Below, piece by piece: positions 25,496 through 39,438 of a DNA stretch of 64,000 nt. The DNA lies in assembly GCF_021869535.1 (NCBI RefSeq), contig NW_026262734.1, positions 101,308,001 through 101,372,000 of the forward strand, read 5' to 3'. The DNA comes from Mytilus californianus (lineage: Eukaryota). The notes below the pieces were generated by a model. It was not told the origin of the DNA, ran no database searches, and saw only the letters and a list, made by a program, of their open reading frames with translations. A program made the position numbers and the translations under genes. Each line of letters begins with the position of its first letter. Position 1 is the stretch's first letter.

Positions 25496-27129
25496 AGAAG
25501 CATATGAAAATTGTTATTTTTTACTGTAGATAAGAATTGTTTATTTTAGTAGTGTAACTATGTTATGTAGTTCAAACTAGGATACAAAGTATTCAAACAA
25601 AATTCGGAAATATTGTTCCCCTATTGCTTATAGTATCTGCGACCATACAAATGAGGTCGAATGAACCCTGCCAGACAGACATGTAACCCATGTGATTACT
25701 CCATACATCAAATAAAATTGAGAATGGAAATGGGGTATGTGTCAATGTGGGAATGAGACAACAACCCGATCAAAGAGCAGAAAACAGCGCAAGGCCACAA
25801 ATGGGTCTTCAAATATACACATGTGTGACATGTTGCTTATAGTATCTGAGAAGTAGACATAACCATTAAAGCTTAACATTGATTAATGAACCATGAAAAT
25901 GGGGTCAAGGTCAGATGAACCATGTTAGACAGACATTTACAACTTACAATCACTCCTTATATCTAATATATTTGACCTATTGCTTACAATATATGATAAA
26001 ATTATAAAATTCGCATTTTCATGGTTCATTGGTCAATTTTAAAATTGACCAATGAATCATGAAAATGAAATCATTCACAATGAGAGATTACAAACTATTT
26101 CATGAGTAATAATGAAGTTCGGAAATTTTTAATGACAAATTATTATTGACTACACATGTTATAGTAACATGTAGTAATACAAAATGAAAAATGGATAATC
26201 TGGACATAACACGAAATTGCATTATTGTTTTGAGTCGTCTTGGTCATGAAATAAAAACACAGCAATAAATCAGTTTTCTTTAATGTGTATCATTTAAGAA
26301 CAGAATTCAATTAAGTAATAAATTATGCAACATAAATATTCTGATTGTTAAAATCTTAAAACATAACATAATCAAAGTGTTTGTGAGCACTGAAGGGTAA
26401 AGATTTTATTCATATTGCAGTGGGAACTAAAAATTAAACATTGCATTGGAAGGTTCAAATACAATTATGGACTAAAGTAGATAACTCCAATTTTAAATAT
26501 TACTTTAATAATGACATCATTGATATTTTTAGCACAGATACTAGATTCAAACACCATGCATAATTTATGTTCTTTTCTTGGCAAGTGCGGATATACATAT
26601 ACATATTATTTTGTTAACTTGAATATCTGAGTACATATTTCATTGATAATTTCGTAATATGTTCTTGGATAGGTTATAAAGAATGTTGTGCTGAATACAC
26701 TATAACTTTTTTTATTTCAAAAGTGGTAATAAAGTTGGGAAAATTAATAGCTATCAAACCAGTCCCACACAGGTTTTGATTGCATAAATGCAATTTTTAC
26801 CCCAAAAACCATCAAAATGGGCTATTGTCAGGATACCACATGCTACAAGGACATGTACATCTTTCAATATTGCTAAAGATTAAAACAGCTGACATAAATA
26901 TTCTGCTTGTGTTCATAAATCATTTGCCTTATCAAAAAATAATTATCTTGATTCATGAGGTCATTGATAAATAAAACTTATGCCAATTAACTTGACTTTG
27001 TCATGATAGAAACTTCAGACCATAATTCATCGAAAACAAAATTATATTCTGTTATAACTTGAAAAAATAGTTGATTTACTTTTATAGTTTTGTTTGTCAT
27101 TGCTGCTAGATATAAGTATACAAATGGGC

Positions 27130-27420
27130 ACAGATGCACAATTCATTTCAGGTAGGGGGTAATGGTAGCCTTTTTCTCAATTCCTCTGCTAATATCGTAA
27201 ACTTAGATATGTATGATGTCTGGTTTCAAAGCTGAGACATTTTCACATATGTGATTAAAACTGCTTTCCAAATCTTCACAAATGCTTAAGCTCAGTCATT
27301 TGTTAAAAATTGAAACATGTCCAATATCACTATACAGAGATTTTTTGTTTACGCACAACTTTTGTGTTCCTCAATTTGAGGCTCATTAGGGAATTGACTC
27401 AAATGCCAAACTATTAAAAA
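27130..27420 (-). mobile_element. Internal fragment of the DNA element at 62792-63656, opposite orientation
   Basis: gaaacatgtccaatatcactatacagagattttttgtttacgcacaacttttgtgttcctcaatttgag matches the reverse complement of 63005-63080. Confidence 0.75.
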
Positions 27421-28617
27421 CAGTTGTTCTATTCAAGTCAGAAACAAGTATTCAGTGATTATTTAAATGATCATGTGGTATCTTTTGTAAAATTCATGAA
27501 TTAAAACATTTTTTTAATGAATTCCAGTTTATCAAAGTTTTCTGTTGTGTTTTTTTAAAAAACAGTATAATATAAACAATAACACTTTTTGCCCAAGTTA
27601 TAAATAATCCATTGATTCTGTGCTTGATTACAGTTTGTACCGGTAAGTTTTAATATACACATAAATAATAATTTTATTAATGTGTTGGACTTTTTGTGAT
27701 ATAGATATAGACTGAGAAACAAAGCTTTCTTTAGGCTATCCTTTTAAAAATGATTTATATCTTGGAGACAGAGATTTAAAAGGAATTCAATACAAAGAAT
27801 ATAAATATATTTTGATTAGAATTTACTATTTTGATATTTCATAGACTTATCTACATCACTGCTAAAATAAGAAAAGATGGGCTGTGAGAGAATGATCACT
27901 AACAATGCGCTTGCTATATGTATTTGGTAAGCAAGATATTAATGAAAAACAGATGTAGCAAATAAAATAATATATCTCTTGGTAAGTCCTTCGCTCATGA
28001 AGCTTGATATCAAATTTGGGAAGCCTTGATTCTTAGTGCCTAAGAAAGATACGGTGAAATTTCATAAATGACCATTATGTGTGAGAATATATAAGTGTTC
28101 TGCATTCAATAAGCTGGTAAGCAACAGACAAAAAAACAAATCACATGGAAACATGCTAATATAGCTTGCTGTTCGGTGTGAGCCAAGACTCCGTGCTGAA
28201 GGCTGTAGTTTGACCTATAATTGTTTACTTTTTACACATTGTGACTTTGATGGAGAGTTGTCACATTGGCACTCATACCACATTTTCTTATTTATAATAC
28301 AAAGCTTTGATCCCAAATTTCAGGAAGCTGATTTATAATTCCAGAGAAAATGTGTAAAAAAATTGTATACAATAAATATAGAGGACTATGATGAGGACAA
28401 CATGTTTACAATTATTCAAAATCTATTGATAAACTACTGGTGTCTTTCAAAGATATATTCTATAAAATACATTTATCCAATTAAAATATAAACATATTAA
28501 AATAGTGAATTTAACAGAAAAAATACACAAATTAATTGCTACAATAAATTTGTCCCTGAAAACTCAGAAATATTCAGAACTTTAGAAAACTGCTTTGAAA
28601 AAAAGAAAATTACTTCA

Positions 28618-28888
28618 AACAAGAATGTGTCCATAGTACACGGATGCCCCACTCGCACTATCATTTTCTATGTTCAGTGGACTGTGGAATTTGGGTCAAA
28701 ACTCTAATTTGGCATTAAAATTAGAAAGATCATATCATAGGGAACATGTGTACTAAGTTTCAAGTTGATTGGACTTAACTTCATCAAAAACTACCTTGAC
28801 CAAAAACTTTAACCTGGAGTGGGACAGACGGACGAACAAACAGACGCACAGACCAAAACATAATGCCCCTAGGTGGGGCATAAAAATG
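28618..28888 (+). mobile_element. Short HINE/Helentron-like non-autonomous element
   Basis: Starts aaacaagaatgtgtcc, has a GACG/ACAG microsatellite and a 3' hairpin atgcccct...ggggcat then aaaaa; partial copies at 34265-34408 and 36200-36340. Confidence 0.65.
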
Positions 28889-29857
28889 ATTCAAATTATT
28901 GCTAAAAATGTACACACTCATACCTAAATTCATGTTAATACCACTAATTTGTTTTCTAAACATGTTTTTGTAAATTTGAGTTTTTACTCCAAAAACATGT
29001 AAATATGAGTTTTTACTCCAAAACAGTCTCTTTGGCATATACTTTTCAACTTCTTACTCATTGAGACAATTTAGACATATATGATCAAGTTCATTAAGCA
29101 TATCAAATCTTTTAAAAAAAATGAGAAAAACACTGTTATTTTCATTTTTCCTGATCTTGTATATGAAGATATATATTTTAAGATCAATCAGCTACAATAA
29201 TTCTAAGTATCATAAACATTTTTATAGGCTTTAATATATCATGAATTTATTATTCTTAAATCAAATATGATAGTTTTAGAATGTATGACTACAACTGTGA
29301 CCTCAGTGGCGGATTAGCCGGGGGCCACAGGCGGCACCCCCCACCCCCCCCCCCAACCCCCCCCTTCCCAATCCAGGACACCAAAAAAATTTCTAGCATA
29401 ATTTTATTGTTAATGAATCTGCTTATCTAGATCAGAAATTAATCACAGCTTGATTTGACTTCTTAACTGGCCATTAATGAATCCCAGCTTCAACATTCGT
29501 GACTTATGACAATTCGGTGGGTGTGTAAATATTGACACCTGTGTGTAATGTCTCTTTTCAAAAGATTTTATGTAAACTACATGTATATGTTGATTGGAAT
29601 AGTACGAATATTTTTATTGGTTTTTAATACAAAATCACAGATTAAGATAGACTAACAGGTGAAATCTTCTGATCAGGAAAGAAATTACTAACTAAAATCT
29701 GTGTTTTAAAAAAATATGTACAAATTAATGTTTAGTGCCAAGAATGTTAGTATTGATATATCCGGAATATGTCTTCATAACAAAATTCTCACATTACCAT
29801 TTCTAGTGAATTTTTTTTTCTAAACCGTCTTTTTTGTGACTTTTTTATCATACAAGA

Positions 29858-29870
29858 CAGAGGGGGATTA

Positions 29871-29903
<33 letters not shown>

Positions 29904-30038
29904 GGTGAACGCCCATTCCTTTTTTTTAGGGAAAAACTTGGTTCATTATATAGGGAATCACTGAGGCATGACTGGAGCGGGACCCCTCTTAGGCAGTCAG
30001 TGGGCCCCCCCTTATGAAAATTTCTGGATCCGCCACTG
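29858..30038 (-). mobile_element. Short CAG...CTG-terminated MITE with internal poly-G
   Basis: cagagggggat / atccgccactg imperfect TIRs; related ends at 29304, 30660 and 44570. Confidence 0.5.
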
Positions 30039-31188
30039 TAAGATTTGTTTTTAAACTGAATGTCGTCTTTTCTTTTACTTCTTATTTTCAAAGGAAACCA
30101 ACAATCTGTTTTAAAAAAACCTGCCCCCCTTTCCACAAAAAATGGATTGGATTGACATTATCTAATATATAATCATTATTGTGTATTTTTATAAGCCATA
30201 CTTTATAACATAATCTGGGACTAATACATTTATCTATTAGTCCAAGCATACAGTAATATATGACTGTGTATTTTTCCTGTTTCAATTATCATGTACATAT
30301 ATGAGGCTATGAATGGGTTGCCATTTATGAGGATATGAATGGGGTTTACAGAGAATAATCGGTCCAAAAAATATAAATAACAGAATAAAGAGGTGATGAA
30401 GTATAAAGAATAGATTGATTGATTGTTGGTTGCTTAATGTCCAGTGGCAAATATTACATGCATGTTTAGGACGAATATAATACCAATTGGCAGAAGAATA
30501 CAGAATAGAGTGAAATGGTAATAAATTAAAAGATATAGAACTATAGAAACAATGATCTGACACCCCCACCATTACCACCCAAACTCGCATATATACATCT
30601 CTAAATAAAAATTTTATTTTGATTTCATAGTGCCCCCCCTCCCACACACATCAAGGATCTGGATCCGCCCCTGGACCTTTACTTTGTAGATGACTTTCAC
30701 TTTCTATGCAGAATTGCCACCATTACTTATAATACCCTCTGGTATGTAGCATTTATAATCACATAAATCAAGAAATTATCATGGAAAAAATCTTCCGAAA
30801 GAACAATTTGGAAATATTTTCCCTTATATAAATTACAAAACCAGCCATATATATCTGGTATATCAAGTAAGTATAGAAATTGAATTTTCTCTCATGTTGT
30901 CTCCCTTTGGTCCAAATAATCATACAGTAGATAACTATCAATTATCAAAACATATAGACAAAAAAGTAATATACAATAAGTTATTCCACAAAAACAACAT
31001 GAACAAACCACAATGAAACATAGAATACACATTCTGCATTGCCTATTCTTGGATATATATAACTGATAAAGAGACATTGAAAGAAAAATAATTACCCACA
31101 AATTTGCTTATAAAATTGCACCGTCATTGATCAAGCAATAGTTTCTAAAACCCAATAAAAAATATTGTTCTCTAATGTTCTAATAACA

Positions 31189-31416
31189 TCAACTATCAGT
31201 ATTAGTTAGTCCACATGTTTGTCTGTTTGTTTTCATGAATGTCTTCCAAGCATCCACTGCCTTTTCAATCTCATCTTGTTCTAAAATTTTAAAATGTTGT
31301 AGTCCAATCAGAAGCTCTTGTCTTGAATTTCCTGCATAGCTATTGGACAGAAATGCTGGCAGTCCTCTGTACCCATCTCCCATTGTATACAGGGGAGGAC
31401 GAATCATTCCTAATGT
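31189..31416 (-). CDS. NUDT16: NUDT16 (U8 snoRNA-decapping Nudix hydrolase) last coding exon
   Basis: ttttcag|ACA acceptor, phase 0; TLGMIRPPLYTMGDGYRGLPAFLSNSYAGNSRQELL resembles vertebrate [36 protein letters not shown]. Confidence 0.93.
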   Translation of the reverse strand, partial: TLGMIRPPLYTMGDGYRGLPAFLSNSYAGNSRQELLIGLQHFKILEQDEIEKAVDAWKTFMKTNRQTCGLTNTDS

Positions 31417-32554
31417 CTGAAAATGAATTCTCAATGTATTTATATTATATTGAATAAGCTGTGAAATAGTCCGAGTTAAAAAAATCGAATAATTTTACAT
31501 AAGAATAATGAGATGCAGTGTGACTGCCAATGAGACAACTATCCTACAAATATTTCTATACAGTTGGCTTGTTGCCCACCGCAGGAAATGAGGAAGTAGA
31601 AACTAGTTTTAAAACATCAAATACAAATGGGAAACAAATTAAGATAACTTTTATGATTTGCATATCTACAAATACTTGAATCGTATTGGTCCGTTAGCAT
31701 TTTTTCCCTTGGATTACACTTTGATAGAGCATGTTGCAGAAACTTCTTTCGTTACCTTCACTGTGATCTTTTCATGCATGATACACATGCAAGGGATCTA
31801 GGGGTTTCAAGCTAATAGAGATAGAAAAACCAAATACATAACTGTTATTTCTACTCTTATGCATAACAAAAAGAAATAATGCAATAAATTCGAAAATGTA
31901 TAGAGTTAAAATAAAATAAAATTCCGTGAAATTTCATGAATAATCTTGTTGTATTAACGTATTGGCAAAAAAAACATGACGTCATATGTATGAAAACTCT
32001 CAAGCTGAAGGCAATTCAGTTACATGCACACTTCAAAATCGGATAATATCTCATTAAAATGAAGTTTTTGAGGTAGATGTTATTTCATATTAGATTCTAT
32101 TGTATTTATCTAACATTTATGGATTTCAAAAAGTCAATATGGCGGCTAACTACTTAGTTACGACATGTCAATTTTCCATATTTGTTGGTACATTTTTTTG
32201 GGTAAATAGTAGCCAATGAACAAACAATTGTTAATTGAAAATTGCAAATGTTTTATAATCATAAGGATTAAACACATTTTTTCTAGAGGTTATTGATGTG
32301 TTATATATATATATAATGGCACCAGTTTACACATCCATAACCTCTAGAAAAAATGTGTTGAATACCTATAACTTTTCGTGGACTTTCATTAATAATTTTT
32401 TTATTTCATCATGGTGAAACTATATATATATATATATATAGTGAGACAATAAATCATTTTTCTATACATGTATGTAAAATTAGTAAAATAATTCTAAATG
32501 TGTGTAAAAAATATGCAAAAATTAAAAATTAAATAAAGGTCACTTAATATTTAC

Positions 32555-32821
32555 CTCATTTCCATAATCAGGGGCAGATAAAGTTTTCATTTCAATCTCA
32601 CTAAAATCGTTTAGAGTTACTTCTTTTCCATAAAAATGCAAAACTAAGTTTTTGCTTTTGTTCACAAAAGACACAACCTGATTACTATCTTGGAGTTTGT
32701 GTTTACAAAGGTCAAGGCCAATTTCTTCCTCTAGTTCCCTGTTTACTCCATCCAATGGATTTTCACCTGGATCCACCAATCCACCAGGAAACCCAAGTAA
32801 ACCATCAAATCTCATTTGCAT
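32555..32821 (-). CDS. NUDT16: NUDT16 middle coding exon (Nudix box)
   Basis: ctattttcag|ATG acceptor, GAG|gtaaat donor, 267 nt; MQMRFDGLLGFPGG signature and GX5EX7REUXEEXGU box (GLVDPGENPLDGVNRELEEEIGL). Confidence 0.95.
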
Positions 32822-33227
32822 CTGAAAATAGATGTTAAATGACTTTGTATTAATTCGAAAATATTGAAATATATCTAAAAGTAAATTGAAAAATTTGAAT
32901 AACTGCCTTAAATTTCAAGCATGAAAAAATCAAACTTAAAGTCTTACCAGGTTTTAGGTACATGTATGTAAAATGCAGAAATAAGAAATAGTGACAAAAA
33001 TATCAATATGCTCAATATAAAATACTGCAATGAAATGGTTGGTACTCTATTCTAGTATGACACTCTTAGTTCTCTCTGAAAGCAAAGTCATTTCCTTATT
33101 CCAGTAAAACATAATACATATATGTATCAATTGAATTTGCAATGTTAGTTGTACTTGGATGATGCTGGAGATCAAAATGGTCATTTTTGCAGGTGATGCT
33201 TGCTATAAAATTCATTTAATAAATTGT

Positions 33228-34176
33228 TGACACAGAGATATGTCTCGCATGTCGGCATAAAATTTAGAAAAGACAATCTGATGGACAGCAACATGATTTA
33301 CTTATTCAGTCGCACAAAATTATCTAGTAGGCAGGGCCTGAAAATAATTGTCAAACTGATATGTACTGATAGCAATGCAGAAAACTTAACATTGAAAATT
33401 GCTAATTAATTCGTAGTCACTGGAGCATGACCTAAGGGACAGGGCCTCCAAATAGTCGTCAAACTGATTTGAACTAATAGTAATGCAACTTCGTACAAAC
33501 TATAATTGATCTATCACAAGTAGATCTTATCAAACTAACTTAAGCAGATAACTTAACATTTAAAATTGCTAATTAATTCAAAGTCACTGGACCATGTCCT
33601 AGGGTGCAGGGCCTCAAAATACTGTAAATTCAGAAATTATTGCGAGGTTTTTATTAATGTGAATAATGCGACGAGGTGAGTAGCGCAATAATAATAACTC
33701 GCATTCTGATAGCTGAAACATAGATCTGTATGCAGATTTTTCTAAATCGCAATGATTAAACTCGCATTTTTGTCCATTCTTGAAAAATCGCAATAATAAG
33801 TGCTCGCAATAATTTCTGAATTTACAGTAGTCATCAAACTGATATGAACAGATAGTAATGTAACTTCACACAAAATATCATTGATCTATCACAAGTAGAT
33901 CCTATCAAACTAACTTAAGCAGAAAACTTAACATTGAAAATTGCTAATTAATTCAAAGTTGCTGGACCATGACCTTAGTCTAGGGGGCAGGGCCTTGAAA
34001 TAGTCGTCAAACTGATATGTACTGATAGTAATGCAACTTTATATCAAATATCAATGATCTATCACAAGTAGTTCCTATCAAACTAACTTAAGCAGAAAAC
34101 TGTCGCTGCAGTCGAAGCTGGAAAAGCAATCCCTATGTCTCACTTTCCGTGATTTTCGTCACAGGCAAGACAAAAA
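33228..34176 (+). mobile_element. HINE-like element with internal ~167-bp tandem array, in a NUDT16 intron
   Basis: gggcct unit starts 33334, 33442, 33609, 33990; 5' atgtctcgc echoed by 3' atgtctcac and the gtga..tcac hairpin before gcaagacaaaaa. Confidence 0.6.
33622..33827. mobile_element. 206-bp MITE with perfect 25-bp TIRs and TA TSD
   Basis: TA|ctgtaaattcagaaattattgcgag ... ctcgcaataatttctgaatttacag|TA, splitting a tandem unit at aaaTAgtc. Confidence 0.92.
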
Positions 34177-35192
34177 CCTTCAAACTAAGTCTTTTTGCAT
34201 TGGACACTTTTAAATTGTAATATAGTTGTTTTTTTCAGAACTTTTCTGTTTCATCAAATAATAATGAACATGTGTACTAAGTTTCAAGTTGATTGGACTT
34301 CAACTGCATCAAAAACTACCATGACCAAAAACTTTAACCTGAAGCGGGACAGACGGTCGAACGGACACACAGACCTAAAAACATAATGCCCCTAGGAGGG
34401 GTATAAAACGGCGACCATGTCTGATGATGTCACATATAAAGAACACAACTTTCTGCAAATCTTTGAAAAGGAAGGATAAAACTTTATTTAGATATCGTCT
34501 AAAAATCATTAGAGAAACAGATTCTTCCACTATATAAACTCATGTATTACGATATTTCTCCACACTCAACATTAAATTTTAATTATCTAAAAAACTCTGC
34601 AAGCCTCACGCTTTACATATAAAAAATTTAACTGTCTCAAGTGGAGAAATATCGTAACACACTTGATGCAGTGGTGGACTCTATATTTTCCTATTATCAT
34701 TCAATTTGCAGTAATTCTTTCATGTCAAGCTCTACAAGCTTTACATGCTTTAAGCTTATTTTAACATGGTAAGCATTACATCGGTCGTTACTTGACACCT
34801 ACATGTAGCTAACACTCAGTGTAAAAAGATATTCAAAAATATAATGATATGAAGGGTTATTTCTTAAGTAAACAGTTCATAGACGGAAGAATTTAAAATT
34901 GTTATATGTATATTAGATAAAGCAGCTTACTAAGAATTTTATACCTGTCCAGGAAAAATCAAGATTGGCCTAATCCCCATTAAAATTGAAGACAATACTG
35001 TTTTATTGAAACATAGAAGCATCACAACAAAAAGTTACTGATTTCATAGATCAAAAGGGATTTCTGAAGGTATATAACTAAACAAGAATATGTGTAAATT
35101 AGATATCATGTCTAGCTCTCACTATTACATTTAAATGTTCATCAGCTAACCACTAAATCAGGGTCAAAACCCTAATTTGGCATATTATAAAC

Positions 35193-35583
35193 AATAGACC
35201 ACTTTCGAGTTATGTCCTTCACTGGAAAAGTTCGTCAATTATGCGTGCCTTTATGAAGTCATTTATCAGATAGAGGGGATCTCCTGTATCGCTGCACTAT
35301 TGGAGTTCATCAAGCATTTTCGAGATGGTCATTATCATATGCAGGCTAGTCTAGAAATAATGTTTGTTCCATAGGTACTTAATCACAATTCCCTAATGAC
35401 AGCAGTGCTGATTATCAATTATAAGAATTTAATTTGCCAAATAATCAGTGCAATATAGCATCATATTTTTTCATCACTAGCTCAACACGGGAAGGAAGAA
35501 ACAATGCCCCTAAATGCACAAATGATTGTTCACTAAAACCAAAGTTTTTGACGGAAATGCAATGAACTCCAAAGTGGTCTATT
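35193..35583. mobile_element. TIR element inserted in a HINE-like fragment
   Basis: aatagaccactttcgagtt / aactccaaagtggtctatt (18/19); flanks rejoin the 28690-28760 consensus. Confidence 0.75.
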
Positions 35584-36555
35584 CACTTTATAATGAATAT
35601 GTGTACTTAAGTTTCATGTGAACACAAACTACTTTTCAATCAAAACTTTAACCTGATATGCACTATTACATTTCCATGACCAGTGAACAGAGAACTTAAT
35701 TTTGCATATATATATGTTAAACATTTTACCATTTCATAATGCACGCCAATTGCTAGTATTTGCAACTGATTTTTGCAGTTTGATCTTATGTTGTGCTGTT
35801 ACACCACTGTCCTAATTATAAGTTAGGGGGAGAGTTGAGCGCTCACAAACATGTTAACCCTGCCACATTCTTTATGTGCCTGTCCCAAATCAGGAGCCTG
35901 TACAATATAGTTCAGGTTGTTGTTGGTTCATGTCTGTCATATTGGTTTTTCATAAAATGTTTCGTGATAAATTAGGTTGTTGGTTTTCTCGTTTGAATTG
36001 TTTCACATTTTTCATGTCAGGGCCTTCTATAGCCGACTATACATGTACAGTATGGGTTTTTCTCATTGTTGAAAGCCATACAGTCATGATGGATGCCTAT
36101 AACTTTTTTTACATCCACTTCATTTGAACTCTGATGGATATTTATCTCATTGGCAATCATACCAGGTATGCTTGTTTTTATACACGTGTACTAATTTTGG
36201 GGTTGATGTAACAAACTTCATAAAAACCAAAACTTAAACTTACCTTAAACTAAAACTTCCACCTGAAACAGGATTAATAGACACACAGACCATGCAGACT
36301 GGAATACATAATGCCCCTCTACTATTGTAGGTGGGGAATAACAAGTAGGGACAACTGTTAGTTTACTAAATGCTGAATTATGAATGGAATGCAGAACTGA
36401 ACGACAGACGTCAGTAATACAGCCGTGACAACTTATTGTGAGGGGCATATACAATGTATACATGTAAGCATATCAAATGTAATATCAAAAACGTTTACTT
36501 TGATTTTGAAAAGTCTCCAAAACAAGTCATATAAACTTAAATACATTGCACTTAC

Positions 36556-36759
36556 CATTATAGCTGCTCTAGATTTGTATAAATCCCAGAGTACAGTATC
36601 ATTCCTAGCAAATAACATGGCATGAGAGGCATGTTTAAATGATGAATAGAGTTCTCCTTTTGACTCTTCATAAGAAATTATATCAAAGTCCTCTTCTACA
36701 TCACCAACTCGTCCATAATGTTCATACTGGGCTAAGTTGCCCCATCCTATATCTGTCAT
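36556..36759 (-). CDS. NUDT16: NUDT16 first coding exon (68 aa)
   Basis: ATG preceded by tttttgatag|T acceptor, implying an upstream non-coding exon; ATG|gtaagt donor; KHASHAMLFA...RAAIM resembles RHACHALLYA...RYAIL. Confidence 0.9.
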
Positions 36760-37930
36760 ACTATCAAAAAAATTAAAGAAGAAAAATAAAAAGTCTTAAT
36801 ACATGTAGATATCATAATTTATAATCAGCTTTTTCAGAATCTTACTTAAATGTATTTAGATAATATTGTTAAAAACATATAAATGAATATTGTGATGGCG
36901 AACAAAGTCCTAAACAATAGAAATTCAAACAATCAGATGACATTATATTAATTTTTGGGCATGAACCAGGAAATTACCCATATCAAATTGATAATACAAT
37001 AGGCCTGGCCTTAATATTATTGCAGGTTCTACTGCACATGCGGGAAAACCTCCTACCATTACAAGGTCATAACCTTACAAGCATGTCTTCTTTAATTACA
37101 GAATCGGAACACGGTATGAAAACAGACTCAGAGTGACCATATTTCTTGAGCTATTCTCCAATTAAGAGTATCAAACTATGGGCAAATAAGTAAAGAATAA
37201 TTACGTGCACAGAAAATATTTTTTGTGTCAAGATTGTGCTTTTTATTCTTCCGTTACATATTAGGGTAACAAACTTCCAATCGTCAAGGATAGTCTTTTA
37301 CAAATGTAGATTTTAAAATGGCAAACTAAATGACCCAAAAAAACTGTATATTTAGTCTGTCCCACAAGTAGTCACTTCCTGCAAATCATGCCTTAGTACT
37401 AGTGAAGTTTTGGATATATTAACTTGAACTTGATTGAGACGAGAATGCATTATATGATCTTCCCATCTGTGATATTTTGCGGAAAATTTTTGACAACGTA
37501 AAGATCTTGGTCTTGATAGGTATATGGTGAAACATACAAGGATATTACTACACCACACATGTGTCAAGTAATTTACTTAAGTGGGACCATCTTTACAATA
37601 TCACTGAAAGTTTTAGCTGGTTCTTCTGCTGTTTGAATCTTGGTGAAAATATCCAGTGGTAGTAGGTTCCAATCTTTAATTGTGTTTGGTATGAAGCTGA
37701 ATTTTAATGTCCGATTTTGTTTGCAGTCTCAGGAAATGTAGGCAATGCATGTTCTTGTTTGTCCTAGATGTTTTTTTCAGTTGATCAGATGGTAAGTTGG
37801 CTTGACCGTGTAAACCTTTGCAGAAGAGGATAAGTCTGTTTTGGGTTCGACGATCTTTTAGGGATGGTAGTGAAAAAAAGAAAATACATTATGACGCATT
37901 TTCCCTGAATTACCACAGTTCAACCCGATA

Positions 37931-38730
37931 GGTCTTTTCACCACCGAACACCACCGTACACCGCCGAACACCCCAAAAATTTATTTTTTTGTCTTTTAAC
38001 ATTGTAAATGCAACCTTCATATAATATTTAAGTTATTATTTCAACAAATTCATATTAAATAAAAAGATTAAGATATTATTTATCTACATGTACATCGAAC
38101 AGAAAAGGAGAGTCTATAACACTTCAACTCTGCAAACCACCCGTCATGGACACCACTGAACACCCCAAAAGTTTAATATTTTGTCTTTTAACGTTATAAA
38201 TGCAGCCTAAATATATTATTTAAGTTATTACTTCAACGAATTCATAATAAATAAAAAGATTAATATATTATTTATCTACATCGAACAGAAAAGGAGAGTC
38301 TATTACACTACAACTCTGCAAACCACCCGTCATGGACACCACCGAGTCATTGATGTAATAAATAATTATATGAAAATAGTAGTCACTTGTATTTGTTAGG
38401 AAAAAAATATTAACAGAAAGAAAAATCTATACAGAACAAAAAAGGATAGTAAGATAATATGCAATCACAAAATAAAAAGTAATAAATATACACACAGACT
38501 GTAATCCGGAAAATAGTGTTGAATCCGGAAACGTTTCTCTTTATATTGATTATCAACTTTAACATGGAAATGATGCACATAAAAATCTAAAAATTGATTA
38601 AATTATGCGTAATTTAATTTGTTTTATCGTTTCAGTGTATAATATTACTGTTTTTCTTAGTTAGTGGTTGTTGGTTTTTTTTGGTGTTCGGTGGTGTGCC
38701 AATGCGGTGGTGTTCGGTGGTAAAAAGACC
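37931..38730. mobile_element. 800-bp TIR element with internal ~190-bp direct duplication
   Basis: ggtcttttcaccaccgaacaccaccg / cggtggtgttcggtggtaaaaagacc (25/26); internal repeats ~37960-38150 and ~38150-38345. Confidence 0.8.
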
Positions 38731-39438
38731 CACCCCAGGTCAACCATGGTTGTTCATTCATAAAATCGAAATTGGAAACTGGTCTATTGTTGACATGCTA
38801 ATCATACCCCACTGCTACTACGTGTAAATTATCATACAAATTAAGACAAAGTATCAGAAAACAGGAGTGAGGAGGTAGATGTCTGATAAATCTGAAAAAG
38901 AGCTCATATGTCACAACCCATCGCTGCCAAGATACTGATGAAGTCATTCTGTTCTATATTAATGCACTTGAAATTAATCAAATATCATACACTTTGTGCA
39001 AATTAGATGTACTGTGTATTTGTTGTGATTGTATCCGTGTCAATAAAAGGGTGTATTAAAAAGGGGAGCGAAATCTAAAAATAAGCATTAGCTTTAACCT
39101 GTTACATAATCTGTATTTTCCGCCTATATCAGGCACACCACCAATGGCGTAGTAGGGATAAATGCTATTTACAAGACAAAATCACATATGATCACATATG
39201 AACCTTGTCAAGATCCAAAATAATTAGAATTTTAGAAGAAAAAAAATAACCAAAATGAGTGATAAATACTAACAGGATTATGTACATGAATCCTCTCTAG
39301 TCAGTCTAACCTCTGGGTAAAAAGATGAAAACAAAGTCCATGAATGTTCATCGACTATTTTTATTTTTTCGTATTTTATTTCTTAAAGCTAAGACTGGCA
39401 TATTACCATCAAGGCATGGCTAACAAAGATTCTCTTCA

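Noticed and set aside
25262-25507. ORF MSNTTGATCGAGSAYPSGAPEITP... and the related 15438-15629 ORF
   Set aside because: Both lie within copies of the Penelope-like tail repeat
26100-28560. Additional host genes between paralogue B and NUDT16
   Set aside because: Only stop-riddled fragments with faint L1/Tx1-like resemblance plus known repeats; no phase-consistent exon chain
29304-30038. One 735-bp element bounded by cagtggcggat / atccgccactg
   Set aside because: 29858-30038 is already self-contained with its own ends; no TSD supports the larger unit
36433-36555. Hydrophobic C-terminal part of the 108-aa ORF as a membrane anchor of NUDT16
   Set aside because: It is intron read-through after the ATG|gtaagt donor; homology continues in the 32821 exon
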